DNA from: Lytechinus pictus
Lineage: Eukaryota
NCBI RefSeq assembly: GCF_037042905.1
Contig: NC_087252.1
Location: forward strand, 14,013,872-14,077,871
Length of the DNA stretch: 64,000 bases
Direction: 5' to 3'
Below the pieces are notes generated by a model. It had not been told where the DNA came from, did not search any database, and saw only the letters and a program-made list of their open reading frames with translations. Numbering within the stretch: position 1 is the first letter of the stretch; the number at the start of each line of letters is the position of its first letter. Positions 36,201 through 49,471 of this stretch are shown here, in pieces. The translations under genes were made by a program, and so were the position numbers.

Positions 36201-39136
36201 ATTTTGCCATAATGGCATCCATTTCTCCTTTTTCAATCTTATGATTATATATAGTACAGTGTCGTCTGGTCTCAACGCTCTCACTGCCGTCACAACCGAG
36301 GATGTTGTGACGAAAATTTTCCCAAGCGTCAAAAAGAATGATTCCATCTACGCTGTAGTCAGCAAAATTGTGTGTAAGTATGTGTGTGTGTGTGTGTGTG
36401 TGTGTCGGATGCGTAGCATAAGTGTGTATGCGTGCGTCTGTGTGGGTGCACCCGTGAGGGTTAGGGTGTGCGTTTGTGTGTGTAAATGTGTTTACGATCG
36501 GCACTTTAGGTCTATAAGTAAGGACGTGCCGTGGCCGAGCAGTCTAAGGCGCCTGGCTATAATGGAAATGCTATGTGCATTATTGGTAACTGGGTGTGCA
36601 CTTGTAAAAAAAAAAATATTGTTAGTGTTAGTGTTTGCTACCCTTTATATGATATTATACAATGGATACCAAACAATGATTTAATGACTAGCACCATACC
36701 AAATAATAAGAATTCATGTAAGTAATGTAATTATTCATTTAGAAATATTTGTATCCGTCGTTCTTCATCCATGCGATTATAATCATATGCCAGAATTGGG
36801 GGAAGTAGTATGTTGAACAAAGTAAGTAACTCTTAAATTTGGAAACAACTAGTACTTCTAAATTAACAAAGTGAATCCCAAGCTAAACATATTTTTGTGT
36901 AAGTTGCATATACATTATGCAACACTTGCTTTATGTTATACCCTTTTCCCCCAAACACAACAGTACAAAGCGAGAGTCAGTGCAATTACGATAGTCTAGA
37001 TCTATCGGTCGGGCTAACGGAGCTAGTCTATATTATGGCACTAAAAGCAAAAGTTTGCAAGGGTGAAAAGTCTACTAGGTATTTCTTTTTTTTTCTCCGT
37101 TTCCTTTCAGTGTTTACATACGGTGCGATGTGTGTTCTGCTGACTTATGTTGCTTCAAAACTTGGGAGTGTCCTTCAGGTAAGTAGAACGATCTAATGGA
37201 CCGGCCTGTGAATGATCCTTAAAGGTGAACCAAAACGCAACAACGGCTTTGGTCGTTACTTTAAATCTTGTTGGTGTAATGATCATTCTCTAGGGTGTTT
37301 TAACACCTCGGGATGTGGTCCTTTAGAGACTTCGATTGGGGAGGCGTAACACAAAGGTTAGCAATCGTCATAGAACATTGTTTAACGATTGATTGCATTG
37401 ACTACAATGTACATTCAATCGTGAAAATCAATCAAGCTTACGATTAACCGCTAAAATTTGTGTTACTAGTGCCATGAGGTTTGGAGTAGGTTCCCTGGTG
37501 TCAGTATTAACATGATTAATACCCTGTATTCCTATTCCTCTTTTTTCACTATTATGCAGTTGACGCTGAGCATTGGTGGCATGGTAGGTGGACCTGCCCT
37601 CGGGCTAGCAACACTAGGGATGTTCTTTCCATGGGCAAACAGCAAGGTAAGGATTTTCAACAAAATCATCGCTACAGAACGCAAATTCGTTAAAAAAAAT
37701 CCCCTTTCCAATTTTCAGGTCAAGTTTGATCATGGAGGCAGCTACCTCATTCAAATCACATTTGGGGGGGGGGTACCCCCTCGTCGCGCCTTTTAGCAAG
37801 AATCCCTTCACAAAAGCATCATGTATCTTTTCACTGTGGCTTTCCTGCAATAACCATTATTTGGTCTATGATGAAGTATGAGTATTGCCATTAGTAATGA
37901 AAGGCCACTTGCGGTACTGCAGCAAAAAAGACAGAACTTGGCAAGGAATACGAACTCTTAATCAATTAAACTGTTTGTAAGAATTCCTCGGGATACACCG
38001 GCCTAATTACAACTGGCAGGCCAAAGATATTCATTCGAGCCAACCCATTCTCAATTTTTAAATTTTGATATTGCTGAATGACAAAAACGAATGAATAAAA
38101 TTGACAATCTAACACTGATTCTAGGGAGGATAACTACTGAACTTCCTTTTTTCAAACAGGGAAGATTATATCACCACTTTGGAACTATTTGTTAACTGGA
38201 GGAAGAATTAGAGCCATTTTACTATCTCAAGTGATGAATTTGATCCTGTCAGCTGTAGACTTCATAAATGCCGTTGTATTTTCAAAATTAACCTGTCGAG
38301 GTACCCTTTTCTGGTCAGATATGGAATGTCAGACATATATCTTATCCACTGGTAGTAAACGTTCAACCCTCGAATTTCAACCTTATTTTTTATGATTTTT
38401 TTCGTGCCACTTTAATACACGAGTCTATGGGAAATGTTTTATGCCCGTGAAACCTAATAGTTTCACGAACAATTTCATTGATTCAGAAGTGGAGTACATT
38501 TGTGCGTATTTTTATCATATATCAAGTCAGTAGCTCTAATGAAAATGAACATAACCTTGGAAAGCTATTATTTACTTACCGAAAACAATTTTCACTTATA
38601 AATCCCACCATGCCAAACATTTTTCATGTCAAGTAAAGTCATGCCATTCAAGTCAATCAATCTTCCGTTTAAATCAAGCGGGACTGTACTGTGAGTCTGT
38701 CCTCCATTAGAAAATAATGCTGGTCCTGGCTCAGTAGCAGTTGACATAATACAAAACAAAATAAAGTAAATAAGACAACCTTCTATGAGACAATAATAAT
38801 TATTAAACAAATAATATTATTTTTGTTGTTGTTGATGTTCTCCTTAGGGCGCCTTAGTCGGAGTCATTGTCAGTCTCACTTGGTGTCTCTGGGTTGGCAT
38901 CGGAACGTACGTTGATGGCGTCCTTTATCCTCGAAACCCTGGCTTCCTCCCTCTCAATATCTCCGGCTGCCCTGCTCCACCTGCTCCTCCTACTATGAAT
39001 ACCAGCACATTAACGACATTGGTGATGACCACAATGGACGCCACATCTATGCAAATGACCACCCCGGGGATTCCCGTCGCTCCACCAATGTAAGAAACTT
39101 TCAAATTCATATTTATCCCCCCCCAAAAAAAAAAAA

Positions 39137-39173
<37 letters not shown>

Positions 39174-42100
39174 AGAGTCCGTATATAAAAAAAACAGCAA
39201 GCACAAAAAAGAAATCGAAATCAAATTAATCAAATGATTCTTGAATAGCATAAAAAAATACATAAACGAACGTAAAAAATTTTGGTATTGTCGAAACGAG
39301 AGGAAAATATAACGTGTCTCTTCTTAATGTGAACAATAATTATTGTTCCTTTTTAGACAAAATGGAAGTTACTAACTCTTCGCAGCTAAAGTGCTTCTGG
39401 TAATAATAATAGTAATAATTGTATTCATGATATTTTCTTTGAGTCTGGATTTCCATAACACACCAGTGATACTAGTTATTGATGTGTAGATTATATCTGA
39501 GTACTAGCTTCTTTAGTATAAGTAATAGGCAATAAATATCCGCCATTGAGCCCGAGAGCGCGCAGAGGGCAAACAGTTTCGGTAGCCCTGCGCATCGGCA
39601 TGTGCAACAGGGAGAGCTTTCCCGCCTAAAGATTTTCTAACGATTTCATGGTACCTTCATTGCACAATTGTAGATATCTTGATGCATAACTGTTCAAAGC
39701 TCTTAAGTTTTAACGTCAATTAATGTTTCAAGAATATTCTATCTTTTCAAATTATATCGTTTCTTTTTTGTAAATTACAGGCCGCCCCCAGAGCCCCTTG
39801 GAATCTACAAGTTATCTTACATCTGGATTGGTTTCTACGGCTGGATGATTGTTATTGTTCTTGGATTAATATTTAGCTTCCTCACAGGTATTTACTTGTT
39901 TTCTATCTAAATCTATATCTATATCTATTCTCAATTTACCGTATGAAAAATTCAGTTCTAAATATCATAAATCCATTTGTAGGCAACTATGGGGAAGGGC
40001 ATAATTCCCCCCCCCCCCCCCCCACTCATGGAGACCGTTTTATAACGCTGTTCTTAAGTTAAGAGTCACTTTAAAAACGACTGGTGATCCTTTCTTGTGG
40101 TAAACGATATTCACCAAATGATTCAACGTTTATTGGTAATTAGTTAGCGAGTAAGAAAGATTTACCAGTCTATCATAAAGTCGCTCTTAATTTACGAACA
40201 GCTTTATGACACGGCACCCCGATGCTGTTTATAGTATTAATACACCGCTGCTTGGGAGTAAAGAGCATTTCAGTCAGATATTTCCCTTAATAATTTCTCT
40301 TCAGAGAGCTATTTTCATTTAATTTAGTTATTTTTAAGTTTCAACGTTGATGATGGAGTATAAATGATAGTGTTATGTATCGTGTCTGAAATTCCATGGA
40401 AGAATATTTTTTTTATAATTTCTACAAAAAAATCCTGTCACAAATATAAAAAAATTATTTGTGACGTCTCATGTGAGCAGTCAAATTATGTCATGTTATA
40501 TTTATTCTATAAATAAGAAATTTGGGTCGTGCATGATAACTTGACATAGTTTCCTCATACAATTATGAATTAAAGTGCATAATGATATATAGAATTTAAG
40601 AAAATATTACTAGTTTTTATATTTACAAAATACATTTATGCAAATTCATATGACATGTATAATATGTTCATGGGATGGATTTACCCAAGCCATTTCAGTG
40701 TGTTACTCTTACTTTGCAATCTTTCAATTAAACTGAACTCTTTTACTCCCTCATATCTATTATAGTTACTTCTTCCTTACACTCTAAATCCCAAGAATTT
40801 GAAATAAATCGAGATCGACTGTGAATGATAACCAGCCGAATGATAGATTTACATTTAATCCTTGTGGATTTAAATACAAAGCCAAGATATTTTAAATTTA
40901 ATCTCGAGAATTAAAAGTAAATCCTAAAAATTAAAAACAACTCAAATCCCAGTATTAGACTTGTCACTATTGAACGACCTTTTTTTATTTATTTCAAATC
41001 CTTGAAATTTAGAGTGTAATATCTGGATAATGATTTTTTTTTTCAAGGGGCTACGGATCCACGGAAGTTAAACCCCGCCCTAATCAATCCCATCGCTGAT
41101 TGGTTCTTCTGTTGCCTACCTTCTTCTTGGAAGGATTCACTCAGATGTAGGGTAGGGCAGCATTATCAACCAGATGAAGTGAGTACACATCAAATCATTA
41201 TTTGACCTTCGATCATATGTGCAAGAGTAATTCATTGCCAGCTATAGAGTACCGAAGCGATGACTTTTTTTTGTTAGCGAAAGATCAGATAACTGGATCT
41301 TTGATTTCATCGTGACGACATCCTTTAGCAGAGATGAACTGATGGGGAGATCCCCAATCTTATTATGGTGACATCCTTTAGAAGGGATAATCAGAAGATA
41401 AGATAGCGAATCTCGTCATGTCTACATCCTTTATTCAGAAGAGATGATCTGATGATAAGAGATTGGATCTCATCATGTCTACATCTTAATAAAGGATGAT
41501 CGTGATTATAAGATCCCAGATCTCCTAATGTCTACCTCCTATGGGAGAGATGATGAGATGACTAGATCTTGGATCTCGTCATGTCTATATCCTGTAGGAG
41601 AGATGATCTGATGACAAGATCTTGGATCTCGTCATGGCTACATCCTTTATTTAATTTCATTTTCATTTCGTTTATTTCCATTTTCAACAATTACAGTTTG
41701 TTTTGTACATTTTGACATACAAGTAACAAAACATATATCAAGTATCCGTGTACAAAAATTATATTCAAGATTATTACATATCAGGTTGGAAATGGAGGAG
41801 GCTGCTAAAAAGCAGAGCTTGTAGAGTGCAGCCTACTTTAAAAGAGACCATCACTCTACGTTGTTATGAATTCATTGTTTTGTTAAGTTTAACGTTTTAC
41901 ATGGTACAATCCATACAAGGCCACTTGAATTATTATATTGATAGTTGGATATGGAAATAAAATGAAATGAAATGACGGGATCTCGAGATGTTATGTTCAC
42001 TTTCTTTAGAAAAAATATAGTACGACCAAATATCGGTAAGTCTTGTTGCCTGCTGGGGGTGTAGAATGAAATCACTTCATGAATATGAGCTGGAGAACGA

Positions 42101-43909
42101 GTGACGCGGCCACCCTTTAAGGAAAAGATTAATCGTAAGATTTTTGCATATTAATGCCTGTTGTTATCTTCCAATCAGTAAGAAACAAGACATGATACTA
42201 TTCTTGGTTGATCGTTCGAGAATTTCGAGAATCATATTTCTTTCTTTATTCAGATTGATCTTGTGGACGGTGAAGCGTGCGAGGTCAAAGACGAAAATGG
42301 TATCGAGGTAAGATTTAATATGTTTAATAATAACATTGATACGGATTGTAACACCTATAGAGGGCATCAGATTCTTTACGTTGAAACTTAGTCACAAGGG
42401 CTAGTCTCTTTTGCAATCATTTTGTTTTTATGCAAACCTCCTCCATTTTGCCACTTCATTTTTGTTTTTAGCTTAGTCAGATTCGTTCTTGATAAAGTGC
42501 TACGTTTCAATTCAATCTCTTGATTATTTTAATTACTGGATATCATGTTTTCCATTGTACTATTATGTTTGATTACAGACTATATAAATTTTTGAGTTTA
42601 TAATGATTGTTTTTATTTTCAGGGAAAGTAAATCATTATAAATTTAAAAAACTATATATATATATTTAAAAAAAATGAAAATATAACCGATAGTCTGTTG
42701 TCCCTTTCAACTGAAACGTAAATGGAATGTGTTATCATATAAATTGTATTGTCCTATATATAAAGAGATATATTTTTGCGTTTGGTGCTGTTCATTTCAT
42801 CGATGTACCTCATAATGGACCCCATGGAAGAACAGTATAGTCATGTCGACTAAACTGATAATGGGCTATCCATCCGTTTTGCTTTTTTGTGTTTTTATAC
42901 GGAAAATAAATACTATACTATACTATACTATATAATTAATTGGATTTAACTATACATTCCGATATATCGTTGGGCTAGGAGCAGCACGGTGAAAAACTAT
43001 TTTTTTTTTCAATTTTGATGACTTTTGTTCGCTTTTTTGTGATTCATATTCATACAGATATATATTTACATACATGTTTGGATCAGGAATTAATCATTTT
43101 CAGTATGATTTTATCTCCACCCCCGCGAATTCAGCAAGTGGGTACTACTTACGATACAATTTAAAATGTGTATCTCGTTTTCTCCTTAGTCTGGCTTTGC
43201 TGTAACCGAAGATGAATGTAACCCGAATGGTAACACGAAGAATGAATCATCTAAGGTAAAAAGAAACTATAAATCTTAACTTTCACAAGCTGCAACCATG
43301 CATGAATTAGTATTTTTGTTAAACCATGTAAAACCCTTTTTTTCAATCGCGTGTGATTTAATCAACCGCTGTATGCACATTTTGGCCATTTGTACAGTAA
43401 TATAGAAACGTACCCTATAAAATAGTATCCTCGCTTTAAAAATATTGAACCTTTAAAATCTATTTTTATATTTAACAATTCCGACAGCCTGAAGTCAAAA
43501 GCTAAGAGACGCCTTTGCGATATGTTCGGCGCTATATAAATAAGGATCATTATTATCATCATCATCATCATCATCATTATTATTATTATTATTATCATTA
43601 TTATTATTACTATTATTGTCAATGTTACTATTTTTATTATTATTGTATTATTATAATCATAATTATTTTTTTATTGTCACTAGTATTAATCCTTCCCTCT
43701 ACTTATCAAAATATGTGCATCACTTAATCACATCATATTAAATCTTGGTTTAACGTGAAGCACACATTTGTGACTAACGACATTTGTCTTTATATACCTC
43801 ACTTTCTCAGGCTGACAACGGTGTTCCACCAAGTTATGAAGAGGCTACAGCTAGTACAAAGAGTGACAAAGGGATCCAATCCGTGGATGATGAAGATACG
43901 AGACTGTAA
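22836..43909 (+). CDS. SLC5 sodium:solute symporter, SMCT1/SMCT2/NIS/SMVT-like; complete, 17 exons, 669 aa
   Basis: Exons 22836-23171, 29104-29169, 30274-30325, 32662-32729, 33489-33643, 34307-34447, 35085-35214, 35835-35923, 36255-36373, 37111-37178, 37560-37646, 38848-39089, 39781-39887, 41048-41178, 42254-42307, 43190-43255, 43811-43909. All introns GT-AG and in frame (2010 nt). Motifs: [68 protein letters not shown]. Exons 15-16 are the least certain. No symbol given because orthology within SLC5A5/6/8/12 cannot be resolved by eye. Confidence 0.95.
23349..23611. mobile_element. CACTA/EnSpm-like MITE
   Basis: CACTGCAAAAACTCCGGTG...CACCGGAGTTTTTGCAGTG, 2-bp TSD TA. Confidence 0.8.
23661..23717 (-). 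mobile_element. tRNA-derived SINE head fragment
   Basis: Minus strand reads TCAGTGGTAGAGCG (A box)...GGTTCGAC (B box); no acceptor stem. Confidence 0.55.
24802..24920 (+). mobile_element. SINE-like element with a 7SL (Alu-domain)-like head
   Basis: GGACGTTGTGGCGTGCACCTGTAAATCCAAGCTA resembles the 7SL 5' end and is followed by the B box GGTTCGAGCCC. Confidence 0.55.
25482..25612 (+). mobile_element. tRNA-derived SINE (3' truncated)
   Basis: A box TGGCTCAGTGG, B box GGTTCGAATCCC, then a non-tRNA core ending CACTCGACCCAGGTG. Confidence 0.8.
25630..25778. mobile_element. Harbinger-like MITE (same family as 51915-52073 and 53623-53779)
   Basis: TIR GGAGCGTTTCAT, TSD CTG. Confidence 0.8.
26946..27715. 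mobile_element. Kolobok-like non-autonomous element
   Basis: TTAA TSD, AGGGGAAGTTCACCCT terminus; same family as 30363-30839. Confidence 0.75.
30363..30839. mobile_element. Kolobok-like non-autonomous element just downstream of SLC5 exon 3
   Basis: TTAA|AGGGGAAGTTCACC...GGTGAACGTCCCCT|TTAA. Confidence 0.8.
31000..31204. mobile_element. hAT-like MITE
   Basis: CACTGGCGGATCCAG...CTGGATCCGCCCCTG with 8-bp TSD GACTAATG. Confidence 0.8.
31513..31947. mobile_element. Two abutting Harbinger-like MITEs (31513-31670 and 31674-31947) sharing a CAG target
   Basis: TIRs GGGCCTGTTTCATAAAG and GGTCCCGTCTTACAAAGAGTT. Confidence 0.75.
33035..33400. repeat. (TAG)n compound microsatellite in SLC5 intron 4
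   Basis: Directly visible; it explains the poly-L/Y/S/V ORFs here. Confidence 0.95.
37995..38431 (+). repeat. About 435-bp interspersed repeat, copy 1 (copy 2 at about 44310-44746)
   Basis: Colinear similarity from GGCCTAATTA to CACGAGTCTATGGG. Confidence 0.85.
41300..41648. repeat. Degenerate minisatellite of about 59 bp, about 6 units
   Basis: Recurring GAGATGATCTGATGA..AGATC..GGATCTCGTCATGTCTACATCCT. Confidence 0.75.
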
Positions 43910-44309
43910 ATTTTTAGAGACTGCATCCAAGAAAATGGAGTTTTTGCTCCGCGAGCCACGACGAATTCAAGAACACAGTAAATGTATTGAAAACGCCGTC
44001 AAATGACATGTATTAGCTGGGAGGTCTTTGTCGAAATTGGTGAACCGGAGTAGCAGTTTCGTCCTATGTTTCGGAGCTGAGGAAAAATTGAAAGTATGTC
44101 GTTTGACAATACATTTTGCTGTGTTCTCGAATCCGTCGTTAGCGAAAAGTCCACATCGATATAATAGTTTTTGATACTTGTATGCTGCGCCCAGGACCTG
44201 AGTCAGAACAAACACTTCGTCTGTTAACTGGCCGACGGACACAAACCGTATTCATAACGGATACAGCGGACAAGCAAAATTTCCATCCGTTTTCATTTGC
44301 TCCTGGTCA

Positions 44310-44746
44310 CACTGGCCTAATTAGAACTGGCAGTCAAAAAATATTCATTCGACCCAACCCATTCTAAATTTTTTAATTTGATATTGCTGATTGACAAAAA
44401 GGAATGAATATGATTGACAATCTAACACTGATTCTAGGGAGGGCACCTACTGAACTTCTTTTTTCCAAATTGGAAAGATATATCACCACTATGGAACTAA
44501 ATTTTTACGGGTGGAAGAATTAGGGCCATTTGACTCTCTCAAGTGATGAATTTGATCCCGTCAGGTGAAGTCTTCATAAATGCTGATTTATTTTTAAAAT
44601 GAGCCGGTCGAGGTACCCTTTTCTGGTCAGATATGGAATGTCAGACATTTATCCTATCCACTGATAGTAAACATTCAACCCTCGAATGTCCTCCTTATTT
44701 TTAAAGAATTCTTTTTAGGTACCACTTTAACACACGAGTCTATGGG
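44310..44746 (+). repeat. About 435-bp interspersed repeat, copy 2, nested in a MITE (about 44229-44942)
   Basis: The flanks join to match the uninterrupted MITE at 46965-47235. Confidence 0.8.
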
Positions 44747-46779
44747 GATTGAATTAGGCCTGTGATACCTCCTGACAATGGACAAAATGGGCGAAAAATG
44801 AAATCACAGTAAACGGATGCTTGATGGATATTGAGCGTATGACACACGTATGCAAAGAGGTCAAAACGGATATATAACGTTTTCCAACGGATGACAAGAT
44901 TCTTTTCAGTTTTGCATCCGTAAGTGCAGTGGGCCAAAGCCTTAAGGTCGTTAAGGTGGTGCGTTATTCGGATTTTTGAAACCGAAACCCGCAGCGGCGC
45001 AGAGGAGTGTAAATGAAAAGCGGGCTATAGTTTCGATCTTTCAGTCTAGCACATCGTAACCGACATGACCGAAAGATGGTAACTTTTGATGTTTGAACTA
45101 GACTCTTTGATTGTCGACTGTCAAAGTAGCAACACATTATACCATCACTGTAGACGAAACTGACATTAATCACGTACTTTTTCATACCCACACCATGGAC
45201 CGCGGAACGGTTTTCAAAGTGGGGGCTGACCATGCAAGAAATCATATGGTCATTTTTACGTTTTTGTACACGGTTTTGGAAAAAATTGGGGGGCTGAACC
45301 CCCCTCCCCGCCACTTCCGCGGCCCCTGCACACAACAAGATCCAAACTTTAATTGTCAAATTTATTTTCTGTCGGCTAAATAAACTCTCCGGTAACGTCG
45401 TAATATATGAACACGGATACAGAAGGCGTTCGACATGCGCTCATTAGAGTAAAATCTCATTGATAAATAATAGAATGATAAAATCGAAACATTATCTTTG
45501 ATAAAAGCTTCTTGTTTTATTTCAAGACAGCAATTTTGGCGTCTTTATGGTGATGCAATACCTGTAAATACTATATTTAGAAACTTTTAAATTTTGTACA
45601 TATGCTGAATGTCAATGTATATTTTTCTTAACTTGGAATTTCACGTAACGTATGGAAAGGCGATGAAAACAATTTGTTAAAATTAATTTGTGATTCCGAC
45701 TCCGTGCTATACAGATTTAAAAAAAAATCAAAAATGGAAAAGGGACTATGAAGATTTTTACGATGGCTTGAGCTTTATTGTTGGAAAGATTGGAATGCAG
45801 CTTTGAAACTGGAAAGTGTACTATGTCTTAGTTTTATCATCGGTTTTACTACTTTATTTGACTACAATCAGGTAATTGATCAAACTGTTCTCAATTGGGA
45901 AGGTTTTTAATTAGTATTTGACTAACTCGTCATATACATGTACATATATTGTATACATTTAGATATATTTTCACTAACATTCCCTGACAACAAAATAATC
46001 CATTTTATTTGTTATGCATGTTACATTCTTCGTGCCATTTTGTTTTCGGTCATGAAATGTATTAATGTATTGTTTGAGTATTTTCTTTTCGTGATACCTT
46101 CTAAAATTACCTTTTAATATCACAGCGTGGTGTATTATATTATATCGTGAGACAAAAAAATATATATTTCGACGTAAAAAATTATATTTACGTAAAGCAT
46201 ATTTTCCACAAAAAAACATAAAAATTTGTGAGTCAGCACAAAACAATCTTTCTATTCTTATATTATCACTTGAACACAATGATTTATATATGAACTAGAT
46301 AATGCTTGATTAGTTTATTTTAGAACATGGAGTCGTTTCACAGAGCTGTTCATACGTTAAGGGGTGTTTTATGAACGATTGGTGGCCCTTTCATGTGGTA
46401 AATGATACTCACCATATCTACTGTATGAAAAACACACCAGATATTTACCATGGTCTTTCACTTTTATAAAATAATAGAGACAAAAAATGTAAATCTTCCC
46501 GAATTGTAGAAGTAGAATGCTGCAATTTGTAATTGTAATGGCTAAGATCATTACATTTCTAACCATATTTTCGCCTGTAGCCTCTCATTCATGCGTGATT
46601 TAAGTAACATTTAGTTCATGTCGTTTTAGCAAAAGCGTGAATTGGTGGGCTCTGCACCACAAACGTGCATGATTGGTGGCTAGTGGTGCTTATTCAAAAG
46701 CTACAAAATAAAAACGAGTTTGGTGATGTGTGATTGTTTGCATGGTGGTATGAACAATCGCGGAAGTGGTTTACGGTGT

Positions 46780-47360
46780 GGAAGCTCCGTGGTGTAGCGG
46801 TTCTGACTCTCGCCTTTTAATCACAGGGTCGTGTGTTCGAATCCCACCATGGCCTAGCGTCCTTTGACAAGGCATTAATCCACACTTTGCCACTCTCACC
46901 CAGTTTATTGGGTAACGGTAGAAAACAACCGTCATTGTGGTTGGTTTAGCAAGACAGCGCCTAAAGGCCTGGTCCCACTGGCAGATGGACACAAAACATA
47001 CTTATAACGGATACAGCAAAATTTCGCGGTGGCTCAATCCGCTTTCAGCCGCTCCAGACAATGGAAAGAATGGGCGAACAATGAAATCACAGTGGACGGA
47101 TGCTCGATGGATATAGAGCGTATGAAACATGTATGCAAAGGGTACACAACGGATACATAACGTTTTCATCGGAAGGCAAGATTCTTGTCTGTTTAACATC
47201 CTCTCTGCATCCGTAAGGGCAGTGGGACCGGACCTTAATAGGCTGCGAAAAAGCTATGAATCCAGTGACCATGCTTGACCGGGAAATAATAATTGTGAAG
47301 CCCTTTGAGCAGTCGTAGATTGGTAAACCGCTATCTAAAAGCCAATTATCATTTATCATT
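46780..47360 (+). mobile_element. tRNA-derived SINE interrupted by a Harbinger-like MITE (46965-47235, TSD TAA)
   Basis: A box TGGTGTAGCGG, B box GTTCGAATCCC, ATT-rich tail. MITE TIRs AGGCCTGGTCCCACTG / CAGTGGGACCGGACCT. Confidence 0.8.
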
Positions 47361-49471
47361 ATTATACTTAGTAGCAGTAGTAGTAGTAGTAGTATCATTA
47401 TTGTTAATATTATCATTACAACTTATGTAGAAGGTTAAAAGGTCAGAGAGTGTTGAAATATAAAGTTGGATAGAGATATAGACCGGGAGCAAAATAGGGG
47501 CTCTATTTAAGGAGTTCGTACAACCCACACCCCAGAAAAGTTTTGACACCATATGTAGTTAGTATGTATCCTCCAGATCACTGCTAAGTAGGTAGTAGTC
47601 TCAAATTGAGGTGTCACTTATTTCTACAGTTGAATTTAGAGAACGATGTAAAATAGCAAAAAATAGAAAAAAAATAACAACTTTTAAGGGCGAGGTGGAA
47701 TGTAAGTTGCCATATCTCGGCTTGTATATATCATAAATACGTCATTGACGTATCAAATTGTTGCTTGGAGAGAGTTCTAACGATACAACAACATTCAAAA
47801 GTAAAATTTCGATATCAAACCATCGAAATATGAATACACTCATGGCTAATGCCCATTTCCATCTCAAGTACATGTGAAAACATTGGGACGATAAGATTAT
47901 TTATTTTTTTGGTTGTTAAACATGTGGCGCTCTCTAAAACTACAGTAGGATTAAATATATGTTATTCAGAACAAAATGAAGATTTTGGCAATATTCCAAA
48001 ATATTTCAAATGTTTTATCTACCCTATGGGTTAGGGCCTACTATTCACAATCTTGTAGTGTAGTTTGGGATCCAATACCTTTTATGTATATCTATATTTG
48101 TTGTTAAGCAAAGTTTGTTGTTACTGGATTGTATAATTTGTTCCATACCCCGGAACCAACTGTCTAAGAAATGAAAAAATCACCCTATCATTTATCTTTG
48201 TAGAAAATGTAAGAAGCCCTGAAATGACTGAAAATACCCCCAAAATACTTATTGAATTTGATGTTAAAATGTTTGAGTTCTACTGAAAATTAACACCACA
48301 ACACCGACATCAAAAATAATTATAAATTTATCTAAAATTCTATCTCCAGCTATTCTCGATCTTACGACAAAAGAAGTATTTAAAAAAAAAGAAGACGCAA
48401 GCTATGAATGACAATAGCCAATGGATAGATAATTCAGCCATGAATAAAGGCGAAACCTGATTCACCGGGGGTTTCTTGCCACATGAACGGTAATTCGACC
48501 GTTTTTCAATCAAGGAAATTCATAATTTCTGAAACTTGAAGGATAGCATTAAAAATATATATTTAAAGGAATGACTAGAGACCCTTATGGATTATTAAGT
48601 GCATACATGATACATGTGTATAGATCTTTATGAACGCAAAACAATCTTTTAAGAAAAAGACATAATGTAACCTCCCAGTCAATGCTAACCTTTTTGATTG
48701 ATTTTATAATTCAATAAGTATTTATCTATAAAGAGTGCACACGCGCGCACAAACACACAACACAAACCCTCACACACACACACGCACCCTATAGCGCGCA
48801 CACAATTTCAGCTTCAACACTTTCTTACGTAGAAAATAAGAAAATAAAACGAGGAGCTGTGCCTGAAGGATTCTATATTTTCAAATGTTTGTCTTCAATT
48901 TGAGTCTAAAGTGAAAGCATGCAAAATATACCCTGGTCATTCCGTGTGCTTTGTCGCTAAATGGGTCTCCTTTTAGTATTTCAGCAATTCCCTCTAAACG
49001 GTTAAAAACACCAGTTCGTGTTAATCAATTTCCTTAACATCACACAGTTTGTATACTGTAAGAGAATAGAGTGTGAGCGTGAACAAATGCAAACACTTTG
49101 CCCCCTCTTCCCAGTTATTAATTCGACGAATATAGGCCCTACCATTTTGTTCATATTTGCGTTCATGTTCTAGTTTGACTCAGGGGGTGTTCCATCTATC
49201 CTTGGTTTGTTCAAATACGTCAAATGAAAAACACTTAGGATGGATCTGTTTATCTGCCTATACATCACGATCGAGGGCCTGCATTCATAAAAGCATACCT
49301 CGGTAGCTTTTCCACTGTACCTTAGCCATTTAGTTACTTCCATGGAAACCTTGAGTGTGATTGGTCGCTGAGCCCTGTTGCCATGGTAGTTGAAGTAATG
49401 GCAAAGCTAACTCTTTGTGAAACGTCCCATAGATCTATAAATGCAAATTCGTATCTCCGCTCTTCCTTATC

